64,000 bases of DNA from the NCBI GenBank assembly GCA_944376905.1, contig CALWEA010000006.1, forward strand, positions 3,563-67,562, read 5' to 3'. The notes beneath the pieces were generated by a model. It made no database searches and was not told the origin of the DNA. It saw only the letters and a list, made by a program, of their open reading frames with translations. The first letter of the stretch is position 1. Each line of letters starts with the position of its first letter. This document shows, piece by piece, positions 1 to 9,026 of the stretch. The position numbers and the translations under genes were made by a program. Source of the DNA: an uncultured Clostridia bacterium (GTDB lineage Bacteria; Bacillota; Clostridia; Christensenellales; UBA1242).

Positions 1-58
1 GCTTTTTACAATTCTGGTTAGTTCGTAATAAATCTAAAAGTTGTGATTTTTTAAACAT
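1..58 (-). CDS. N-terminal end of an unidentified CDS running off the left edge (MFKKSQLLDLLRTNQNCKK...)
   Basis: ATG at 58-56 on the minus strand is preceded by AGGAGAA (69-63). Only 19 codons are visible, so no family call is possible. Confidence 0.3.
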   Translation of the reverse strand, partial: MFKKSQLLDLLRTNQNCKK

Positions 59-380
59 ATTTTTCTCCTATTATTGATACATATCACAATATTGTTAACT
101 TTTAGTTAACTGTTTGTCAAAAAAACAAGAATAAAACAAGAATTAAGAATATTTTTAAATATTAGTCTTAAATAAAAATAATTTTTAATTTATAAAAACT
201 ATTAATCTAAAAAATAAAAAAATTTACAGCAAAACACTTTTTATTTTAATTAATTTATGTTATAATTGCCATTATTTACAGAAATTACATATAATTCCAG
301 ATAATATCTTATTAATAATTGATTTATATATTAATTAGGATAAATAAAAAAAATCTGAATTTTTATTTATGGAGGAACAA

Positions 381-872
381 ATGAAAGTTATTGATAAACA
401 AAAAAATAGTAAAATGTGTATATTGTGCGGAATGGATAATCCATATAGCATAAAAGCACCATTTTATAATATGGAAGATAAATCTGTTTGTAGTATTTTT
501 GAATTTCCTGCAGAATTTCAAAGTTATCCTGAAAGAGTTCATGGTGGATTAATAACTGCTATGTTAGACGAACTTGGCGGAAGGGCGTATTGGTCTTATG
601 GCGAAACAGGATTGGCGGTTACAATGAGTTTGGAAGTTAAATTTAGAAAGCCAGTTCCTTACAACGTCAAATTAAAAGGAATTGGTAAAATTGTTAAAAA
701 TACTTCAAGATTTTTTGAATCAGAAGCATACATTTATTCTATGGACAATATTTTATTAGCAGACGCTAAGATAAAATATATAAAAATGGAAAATAAAGAC
801 ATTTGTTCTAACGCTTTTAATGATGAAATGCCTTATATGATTAATGACGATGTTAATGATATAGATATTTAA
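381..872 (+). CDS. PaaI/hotdog-fold acyl-CoA thioesterase
   Basis: Carries the hotdog thioesterase core VHGGLITAMLDELGG. GGAGG lies 5 nt upstream of ATG 381; the ORF-track start at 369 is the alternative. Confidence 0.75.
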   Translation: MKVIDKQKNSKMCILCGMDNPYSIKAPFYNMEDKSVCSIFEFPAEFQSYPERVHGGLITAMLDELGGRAYWSYGETGLAVTMSLEVKFRKPVPYNVKLKGIGKIVKNTSRFFESEAYIYSMDNILLADAKIKYIKMENKDICSNAFNDEMPYMINDDVNDIDI

Positions 873-1080
873 TACACTTAAAAACATTGTTCATGATATG
901 ATATAAATATCAAAAAATTCATCTTTAACATTGTTTAAAACAACAAAATAAACAAAATAAAAAATCTTAAAATTCTTAAAATTTTTAATAAAATTAAATA
1001 CAAAATTATAAAAAATTAATACTGATATAAAATTAATACTGATAAACTATAAAAAATTTTAAATTGAAATATTAAATATT

Positions 1081-1172
1081 TTAGTCGTAATTTATAATTA
1101 TTTTTAGTCGTAATTTATAATTATTTTTAGTCGTGATTTGTAATTATTTTAAGTCGTGATTTAAACGTTATA
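1081..1172. repeat. 23-bp tandem repeat, 4 copies (TTAGTCGTAATTTATAATTATTT; copies 3 and 4 diverged)
   Basis: Read directly: copies start at 1081, 1104, 1127 and 1150, about 130 nt upstream of the GT2 gene. Confidence 0.9.
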
Positions 1173-1301
1173 ATATTTCATAATTCTTTAAAGAATAAAT
1201 TTTTACATTTAGAGTAAAATCATTATTAATACAACTTTTTTAGGTATAGATTTTCTTAAAATTTGTTTTTAAACTTTAATTTTTTAACTAAAAGGAAAAA
1301 A

Positions 1302-2573
1302 ATGATAAATCACTTAGTTTTTATTTTAAATATAATTCTTATTTCTTGCCTAGGATTTGCTTTTATTGTTGGCTTTTATAGGTTAATACAAATATTATTG
1401 GGGTTTTTTAAGTTGAAACATTTTCCCGAAACCAATAAACAAGCAAGATTTGCAATTATTATTCCTGCAAGACAAGAAAGTAATGTTATCGCAAGAGTTT
1501 TAAAATCTATAAAATATCAAGTTTATGACCCTTCAAAAATAGATGTTTATGTTGTTTGTGAAGAAAAAGATGAAACTTTTGATATTGTCAATTCATTTGG
1601 TTATACTTGTTTTATTCGTTCTCCTAATGAACCCAAAGGAAAAGGGAACGCAATGGATAGTACCATCAAAATGATTTTAAATAAAGGATTAAAATATGAT
1701 GCCTACATTACAGTTGATGCTGACAATTTTTTAATGCCACACTTTGTTATGGAAATGAATAAAGCGTTTCAAAGTGGAATAAAACTTGGTATGGGTTATC
1801 GAAACACTATTAACAAACCAGGAAAATGGATAGCAGATTGTTCTGCGTTAAGTTTTTCTAGTATCAACACTTTTCAAAACAAGGCGAGAACAAAATTTGG
1901 TTCAAGTATTATGGTTAGCGGAACAGGTTTTTTTATTGATGCTAAAATTATCAACAATTTTGGTGGCTGGCCCTTTAATACTTTAACAGAAGATTATCAA
2001 TTATCTCTTTGGTGCTGTTTAAATGATATAAAATCTGCTTATATTCCAACCGCAGAATTTTACGACGAACAACCAACAAATCTTCAAATTTTAAACAAGC
2101 AAAGGGTTCGCTGGATTCGTGGATTTTTTCAAACCAGAAAATTATATAGAACACAAATGTTAAAATCAATTGTTGGAAAATCAACTAATAAGTTTTCTAA
2201 ATTCGATTTTTGTTTCTGCACAATCCCCAACGCCATTTTCTTATTTTCAGTTTTTGCCTACATTTTAACCTTGCTTGGAATTGTCGTTTTTGGCTTAATT
2301 GCAACAAACATACCATTGACTTCTCTTTTTCTTCCGTTACAGTGTATGGGCTTTGCAATATTAGGTTTTTATTTTATTCTTGTTTTATATACAATTTTGC
2401 AACTTTTGGCAGAATCTAGAAAAATGAAATTTGGCTTTTTTAATAGTATTAAAATTGCTTTATTAAATCCATTCTTTATTTGCCTATACATTCCTCACGC
2501 CTTACAAGCACTCTTTAAAAAAGAAGTTAAGTGGGCTAAAATAGAACATGGAATTGCAAAGGAAAAATTTTAA
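1302..2573 (+). CDS. Membrane-embedded family-2 glycosyltransferase, processive synthase type
   Basis: Carries IIIPARQES, DADN (DxD) and QRVRW (QxxRW) motifs, one N-terminal TM helix and several C-terminal ones. AAAAGGA precedes ATG 1302; the ORF-track start is TTG 1263. Confidence 0.8.
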   Translation: MINHLVFILNIILISCLGFAFIVGFYRLIQILLGFFKLKHFPETNKQARFAIIIPARQESNVIARVLKSIKYQVYDPSKIDVYVVCEEKDETFDIVNSFGYTCFIRSPNEPKGKGNAMDSTIKMILNKGLKYDAYITVDADNFLMPHFVMEMNKAFQSGIKLGMGYRNTINKPGKWIADCSALSFSSINTFQNKARTKFGSSIMVSGTGFFIDAKIINNFGGWPFNTLTEDYQLSLWCCLNDIKSAYIPTAEFYDEQPTNLQILNKQRVRWIRGFFQTRKLYRTQMLKSIVGKSTNKFSKFDFCFCTIPNAIFLFSVFAYILTLLGIVVFGLIATNIPLTSLFLPLQCMGFAILGFYFILVLYTILQLLAESRKMKFGFFNSIKIALLNPFFICLYIPHALQALFKKEVKWAKIEHGIAKEKF

Positions 2574-2828
2574 TTTCTTTATTGGTCTTTATTGGTCTTT
2601 AATTTTTGTATAAATTTTATATCATTTTTTATTTTCTTTATAAACAATAAATAATTTTATATAACTTTTTTCTTAAATAAATCAAAAGAAATAAAAGTTA
2701 TATTTTTTTATAATTTATAATTTTTCTATAAAAGTATTGGTATATTTTCATAAATTTTCAAAAATCACTTTATTTTTACAAAATTTTATGTTATTCTACA
2801 ATGATTATTTTTTTATTTAGGATTGTTT

Positions 2829-3176
2829 ATGTTTTCAAGATGTTGCAGTATTGATAAAAAGAAAATAATTCCGCAAATCATATTGATGTGTTTTATGGTT
2901 TTTCTTTATATGTCTCACTCTCCTGCATTAGACTCTCTTTTAAGCATTATCCTTCCTTTTAGAACTGCTTTTGATTTTAGTTGTTTTTTAAGTTTTATTG
3001 TTATGGTTTGGAACTTGCTGGTTTGGCTCTTTGTTCTAGACTTTTTTATTTTTATTTTTAAAATTGCTTATAAACGCATTAAAATTAACATAAAAAATAA
3101 TTTTAAAAGAAATTCTTTAAAAAACAAATTGTTTGATAATAAAATTTATATAACTCAATCCAAGTTTTTATGCTGA
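2829..3176 (+). CDS. Hypothetical small membrane protein
   Basis: An ORF of about 115 aa with hydrophobic segments and a K/N-rich tail. It has no recognisable motif or strong SD and could be spurious in AT-rich DNA. Confidence 0.25.
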   Translation: MFSRCCSIDKKKIIPQIILMCFMVFLYMSHSPALDSLLSIILPFRTAFDFSCFLSFIVMVWNLLVWLFVLDFFIFIFKIAYKRIKINIKNNFKRNSLKNKLFDNKIYITQSKFLC

Positions 3177-3874
3177 AAAATATATTTTATTTTCAAAAGT
3201 TGATTTTTAAATATTTATAAACTAATTAAAAACTTAAAATTTATTATATGTGAAAGCATGATATTTTACAACATATGAAAGCATGATATTATGTTAATAT
3301 ATTGTTTCATATCTACTTATTCACATATCAACATAATTTGATATTTGCAAATATAACTGTTTATGATTTTCTTAACATATCATCATATTAGCATTTTCTA
3401 ATAATTAAAATTACCTTATTAAATTTCTAAGGATTGTTGTGATTTATTTATCACTAAAAAAAAACTTCAATACATTTAAATGGTATAATTTTTATAACAT
3501 GGTATATTGTTTTTAATATTTTAATTTTTATGCTTAATATTTTTATTAAGAAAATTTACAAGTTTCAATTTTTATAATAAATTTTATAAATTTAATTTAT
3601 AGTATATAAAAAGATTTAAATTTTTTAGATTATAAAATAATTTTATTTTAATTTTTAATATTCTTAATTTGATTATTTACTTTAAATTTTTAATATATTT
3701 TTATGTATTGTATTTAATAGTATATATAGTAATATTACTAATACATTTTATATATTGTATAATTTTTGATAGTCTTCCCATTATAAATATAGTTTGGAAA
3801 AAAACTAATTAAAATTTATAAATTTTATTTGTTATATTTATAAATTGATTTTTAACTATTTTACTTTCAACATA

Positions 3875-3932
3875 TTTATTGACTTACAATTTTATGAACT
3901 TACTTTATTGACTTACAATTTTATGAACTTAC
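3875..3932. repeat. Perfect 29-bp tandem duplication (TTTATTGACTTACAATTTTATGAACTTAC x2)
   Basis: Read directly: 3875-3903 equals 3904-3932. Each unit contains a TTGACT hexamer. It lies about 140 nt upstream of the ABC gene. Confidence 0.9.
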
Positions 3933-4074
3933 GAAAAGAAAATTAAAAAATATTAAATCAATTTAATAAAAATCAATTAAGAAATTTCACATTAATAAAA
4001 AAAATCAACTTTTGGGAATTTTTTATTTATTCTTATTTATAAAATTTAATGCTTAAACTTGGAGATTTAATATT

Positions 4075-6513
4075 GTGTTAACTGCTCAATTACTATGTTT
4101 TGCTTTGATTTTTATTGCTTTAATTGCAACATATTTTATTTTAAAAGCGAAACATATTGAATTAAAAAATATAATTTATAAAATTTTTTCGCTAATTATA
4201 GCGGGAGTGTTTTTCTTTAGATTTATGTTAGGAGATGATGCTTTACAAGATATTTTTCATTTAGCATCATCACCTCTTCCAACTGAATTTGCTAGTGCTG
4301 TTTCCTTAATTTTAAATTGGATGTTGTATTCAGTTGTTTTATTAATTATTTTATACCCATTCTTTAAAACCAGTAAGATGACATTATTGGTTAAATATTA
4401 TGGAAGTATTGTAAGTGTTCTTTGTGCGGGTTTTATTTACTACAACACACTAGGAATTGTTGGCGTTAATGCTTACGATGGTTTTAACATAAGAACTCTC
4501 TTAATGGGAATCGAAATTGCTTTACTTTTAGCATACTGTTTTGTTGTTTTTATGGAAAACGAAAAGTTTAAGGTTTGTAAAAAAGACCTTTGGGGCTTAC
4601 TATATATACCTGCTATGCTTTTAGCAACAATGCCACCATACATGCTTCAAGCATTATTTGGACACTTAAATTATACTATCGTTGCAAAAGATTTAAATTT
4701 TCCTCATAGATTAATTCTTTATATTTCCATATTGCTTCCTATTTTAATTTATTTACTATTGAGGAAAAAAGATAAAGAAACAATAAGAGGTATTCTTCTT
4801 TACATTGCACTTGGAACGCTACTTTCTTTTAGCGTTGGTTTTAAATTCTACACTTTTGCAAATGTAACCCACTGGCCATTCCACCTTTGCAACACTGCTA
4901 TGTATATCATACCACTTTGCCTGATTTTTAAATGGAATAAACTTTTTTATTTCACATATTTCATAAATGTTCTTGGTGCTTTTCTTGCAATGGTTATGCC
5001 TAATTATAGTAGTGGACTTAATTTGTTTAGCAGTGAAATCATCAACTTCTATATAAATCACTTTATAGCATTCTTTATGCCTATTTTAATGGTTGCTTTA
5101 AGAGTTTATGAACGCCCTAAACTTAAACAATTTAAATACTCTATGTTTGGGTTTGGTATTTACTTTCTTCTTGTTCTTATACTTAATGCATGGTTTTCTA
5201 ACTTTGGAACTGTTGACTACTTCTTTATTAATAGTGATTTTATCGCAGATAAACTTGGCTCTTGGGCAGAAGACCTTAGAGATATTGTGTGGACATTCTC
5301 TCTCGGTGGCTTAACTTTCACATTTTATCCACTTTATCAATTTCTTTTCTTTTTGGTTTATGTTTGTCTTGGCGCTGGAGTTTGGTTTATCTACGAGGCT
5401 ATGTATAGTTTTGTTGACACTTTATACGACATTGCAGATAAAAAAAGAAAAATTAACGCCGACCTTTTAGCACTTCAAACTTATATGGGTGGGCGAAGTA
5501 TGGAGGAACCTATGAATCCTGATGGAACAAATAAAATTATTTTGAAAAACTTTTCTAAAAGATACGGCAACAGTGATGTTTACGCCGTTAAAGATGCTAA
5601 TCTGGAAATTATTGGCGGAGAGATTTTTGGCTTTTTGGGGCATAATGGAGCAGGTAAAAGCACAATTATTAAAAGTATTGTTGGTATTCAACCAATAACT
5701 AGCGGTAGTATTGAAGTTTGTGGCTTTGATGTTGACAAACAATCTGTTATGGCTAAACGACAAATTGGCTTCGTTCCAGACCACTACGCTCTTTACGAAA
5801 AACTAACTGGTCGTGAGTATATTAACTATATCGCTGACCTTTATGATGTTTCTACACAAGATAGAAACAACGCTATTGATAAATATGTTACTCTTTTTGA
5901 ACTTGGTGATGCTTTTGATAATCAAATTAAAACTTATAGTCATGGTATGAAACAAAAAATAACTATTATTTCTGCTCTCGTTCACAACCCTAAGGTTTGG
6001 ATTTTAGACGAACCTTTAACTGGACTTGACCCAACAAGTATTTATCAAGTTAAAGAATGTATGAAACTTCACGCAAAAGAAGGAAATATTGTTTTCTTTT
6101 CTAGTCATATTATTGATGTTGTTGAACAAATTTGCGACAAAATTGCTATTATCAAAAAAGGTAAAATTTTAACAACTAGATATGTTAAAGATATTGAAAA
6201 AGAATGCTCTTTGGAAGACTTCTATTTAAAAATGACGGACACCAAAGTTGAGCGTGAAAAAATTAAAAAAACCAATTTAAAACCTTTAGACTCTCAATCT
6301 TCTCATTTAGATGATTTAGCAAAAACTTCAAATCTTGACATAGAAAAATTTGACAAAATAGAGAATTCTCAATCTACAACGACTTTAAAAACAAAAAAAT
6401 CAAAAACAAAATTTAATGTAAAAACAAAAAAATCAACATCTCAAATAGAAAAAACAAATGATTTAGATGTTGAAAAAACAACAAAAAATTCAAAAAATAA
6501 AAATTCAAAATAA
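4075..6513 (+). CDS. Fusion protein: about 480-aa polytopic membrane domain, ABC ATP-binding domain and K/N/S-rich tail
   Basis: Carries Walker A GHNGAGKST, signature-like YSHGMKQK and Walker B VWILDEP. The N-terminal half has many TM helices including a HLCNTAMY segment. GTG start with GGAG about 10 nt upstream. Confidence 0.8.
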   Translation: MLTAQLLCFALIFIALIATYFILKAKHIELKNIIYKIFSLIIAGVFFFRFMLGDDALQDIFHLASSPLPTEFASAVSLILNWMLYSVVLLIILYPFFKTSKMTLLVKYYGSIVSVLCAGFIYYNTLGIVGVNAYDGFNIRTLLMGIEIALLLAYCFVVFMENEKFKVCKKDLWGLLYIPAMLLATMPPYMLQALFGHLNYTIVAKDLNFPHRLILYISILLPILIYLLLRKKDKETIRGILLYIALGTLLSFSVGFKFYTFANVTHWPFHLCNTAMYIIPLCLIFKWNKLFYFTYFINVLGAFLAMVMPNYSSGLNLFSSEIINFYINHFIAFFMPILMVALRVYERPKLKQFKYSMFGFGIYFLLVLILNAWFSNFGTVDYFFINSDFIADKLGSWAEDLRDIVWTFSLGGLTFTFYPLYQFLFFLVYVCLGAGVWFIYEAMYSFVDTLYDIADKKRKINADLLALQTYMGGRSMEEPMNPDGTNKIILKNFSKRYGNSDVYAVKDANLEIIGGEIFGFLGHNGAGKSTIIKSIVGIQPITSGSIEVCGFDVDKQSVMAKRQIGFVPDHYALYEKLTGREYINYIADLYDVSTQDRNNAIDKYVTLFELGDAFDNQIKTYSHGMKQKITIISALVHNPKVWILDEPLTGLDPTSIYQVKECMKLHAKEGNIVFFSSHIIDVVEQICDKIAIIKKGKILTTRYVKDIEKECSLEDFYLKMTDTKVEREKIKKTNLKPLDSQSSHLDDLAKTSNLDIEKFDKIENSQSTTTLKTKKSKTKFNVKTKKSTSQIEKTNDLDVEKTTKNSKNKNSK

Positions 6514-6533
6514 TCAAAAAGGATTTGACTTAT

Positions 6534-8180
6534 ATGAATGGTTTAAAAACTTTAGTTTTAATGCAACTTAAAGACAAAATAGACTTTTCGTTTTTAAAAA
6601 GCACAAAACAAACTATATTTAAAATTGTTTTATCTATTATTAAATTTGCTGTTATAACTGGTTTGATTTTTCTTGGATTTTATGTTTTATCTTATCTACG
6701 ATTAACATCTCTACTTCCAGGAATTCCTCTTAATTTTTTTGTTATTATTTTCTCTATAATGCTTGCGGTTTCTATAATAGTTTGTAGTTTTGGATTGGTT
6801 AAATCTCTTTACCATGCAAAAGATAATGCCCTACTACTTACTTTTCCCGCTGATAGAAGTATTGTTTTTATATCCAAATTAATTGTTTATTACATCTATG
6901 AGTTCATAAGAAATTTATCCTACTTGTTGCCTTTATTTGTTGCTTATGCCTTGATTAACTCTTTACCTTTCTACTTCTATTTTTGGCTTATTGTTATAAT
7001 GATTTTAGTAACCGCAATCCCTGTTATAATAGGTGCATTAATTTCCATACCGCTTTTATTTATTTTTAATTTTGTTAAACAATATAAATGGTTGGAATAT
7101 TCATTGACTGCAGTTTTTATTGCTGGAATAGTTGTTGGATTAGTTTTCTTAATAAACGCAATTCCCACAAATATTGACCTTATTGGTAGTTGGGGAACAA
7201 CTTTTTGGCAAATTCAAGATGTTTTAAATCAGTTCGCAACTTCTAGTAATCCTTTCTACTGGATTTCTGTTGGGTTAATTGGTGAAAGATATGGTATTGC
7301 AAATATGATGTTTACAACTAATCAACTTCTTGGTTTACTCTATATTTTTGCTGGAATAATCGTTGTTGGTTTAATAACATATTTGTTAGTTCGCCCACTA
7401 TTCTTTAAAATGGCAAGTTCCCCATTTGAATATAAAAAAGTTAAAGTTGTTAAGCAATTTAAAAATTCAAAAATTTCTGCATTTCTATCAACTGTGAAAA
7501 AAGACCTTTTTATCAATCTTAGAACACCAGAAAAATTTTATGCTCTCTTACTTGTTGTTATTGGAATGCCTATTGCAATATTGCTTCTTAATAAAATTTA
7601 TGCTGCTATGGACACTCGTTTGATTGGCGGTTACATGACATTAGCATTTAATATTTTAATGATTTTACTCATCTCTCTTTCTTCAAACATTAATATAGCA
7701 CATATTTATAGTGAAGAAGGTGGCTCCGCATATCTTAATAAAACCAATCCTAAACCTTATCTTCAAACCTTGTTCTCAAAATTGTTTATTAATATAGTTT
7801 TGGTTAGTTTTTCTTTACTTGCTTCAACTATTATTTTTACAACTTTCGCAGGTTTAGGAGTTTGGGACACAATTTTAATATTTTTAATACTTGAATGTGT
7901 TTATATTTCCCACATTTTATGGTGTGCTGAATTGGATATAATGAATCCACAAAACGAACAATACCAAACAACAGGTTCACATGTGAGCAATCCTAATGAT
8001 ATGAAAGCAACCTTAACGACTTTCCTACTCTCCGCACTTTTTGCTTTTATAACTTATTTTTTAATTACAGATAGCCCAACAACAATTTGGTATAAAATTT
8101 TAATCATTGCAGGTGCATTCACTGCTTTGAGAATTTGGCTTTATATTAACAAAATCAAGGTTTATTACAAGGAGAAGTGA
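6534..8180 (+). CDS. Polytopic membrane protein, putative ABC-2-type permease partner
   Basis: Has at least 10 hydrophobic helices, lies immediately downstream of the ATPase gene, and has AAAAGGA 10 nt upstream of ATG 6534. No catalytic motif seen. Confidence 0.6.
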   Translation: MNGLKTLVLMQLKDKIDFSFLKSTKQTIFKIVLSIIKFAVITGLIFLGFYVLSYLRLTSLLPGIPLNFFVIIFSIMLAVSIIVCSFGLVKSLYHAKDNALLLTFPADRSIVFISKLIVYYIYEFIRNLSYLLPLFVAYALINSLPFYFYFWLIVIMILVTAIPVIIGALISIPLLFIFNFVKQYKWLEYSLTAVFIAGIVVGLVFLINAIPTNIDLIGSWGTTFWQIQDVLNQFATSSNPFYWISVGLIGERYGIANMMFTTNQLLGLLYIFAGIIVVGLITYLLVRPLFFKMASSPFEYKKVKVVKQFKNSKISAFLSTVKKDLFINLRTPEKFYALLLVVIGMPIAILLLNKIYAAMDTRLIGGYMTLAFNILMILLISLSSNINIAHIYSEEGGSAYLNKTNPKPYLQTLFSKLFINIVLVSFSLLASTIIFTTFAGLGVWDTILIFLILECVYISHILWCAELDIMNPQNEQYQTTGSHVSNPNDMKATLTTFLLSALFAFITYFLITDSPTTIWYKILIIAGAFTALRIWLYINKIKVYYKEK

Positions 8181-8182
8181 TA

Positions 8183-8626
8183 ATGAAAAAAGCAGTTATG
8201 ATTATTATTGGTATAGTTTATTTGGCTTCAATTGTGATTATCTCGATTTTTGGTATGCGCTCCGTTGTATTTAATGAAATCATACCCGTTTCAAAAATTG
8301 AATGTATTAATGTTACAGATGATAAAATTAATGTTAGTGAAGAAAACAATGTCAAAATTATTAAGATAAAATATGACAAACCCGCAAACACTGAAACTAA
8401 TGAAGGAACTATGGTCCAACTTGAATGGAGAGTTCTTCCAGATAACGCAACAACCAAAGATGTTAAATTTGTTTACGACCCTAGTCCAAGAGCAACTTTC
8501 GCAACAGATGAAGCAGGTCGTGAAGTTGGCTTAATTTTATTTACAGGAAAAGTCGTTCTTCCTGTTAAAATTATGTCAACTGATGGTAGTAGAGTTTATG
8601 CAGAACTTACCATTTGGGCATATTAA
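8183..8626 (+). CDS. Small membrane-anchored protein with Ig-like (Big_2-like) ectodomain
   Basis: N-terminal TM helix followed by LEWRVLPDNATTKDVKF...TDGSRVYAELTI, which resembles a Big_2 domain. The start abuts the stop of the permease gene. Confidence 0.55.
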   Translation: MKKAVMIIIGIVYLASIVIISIFGMRSVVFNEIIPVSKIECINVTDDKINVSEENNVKIIKIKYDKPANTETNEGTMVQLEWRVLPDNATTKDVKFVYDPSPRATFATDEAGREVGLILFTGKVVLPVKIMSTDGSRVYAELTIWAY

Positions 8627-8917
8627 CATTTTTATTGATTTTAATATTGTTGTTTATTAATCTAAATTATAAAATTAACTATTATTTACATTTTTATTAT
8701 TTTTATTATTTATGTTAATTTTCAACTTAAACTAAGACAAAAAAAGATTTAATATCAAAATTAAGTTTTTAATATTATTAATATTAATAATAGATATAAA
8801 AATAGTTATACTTATTATTACTTTATTATTAATATAACTTTAAATTTATTATTAACTTTAATTATAAAAATTTTTTAAAAATTTATTAATTACTTTAAAA
8901 AATAAAAATAAAAAGAC

Positions 8918-8946
8918 TTGAAATTATAGCAAATTATTTGTATAAT
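8918..8946 (+). promoter_or_regulatory. Sigma-70-type promoter candidate (TTGAAA, 17 nt, TATAAT)
   Basis: Hexamers at 8918-8923 and 8941-8946 with a 17-nt spacer, about 80 nt upstream of the lipoprotein gene. Confidence 0.5.
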
Positions 8947-9026
8947 AATTTATGTAATTTTAAACAAAATAATTAAAAATAGATTTTAAAATTTAAAAAA
9001 TTTAAATTCTATAAAAAGGAGAAAAA

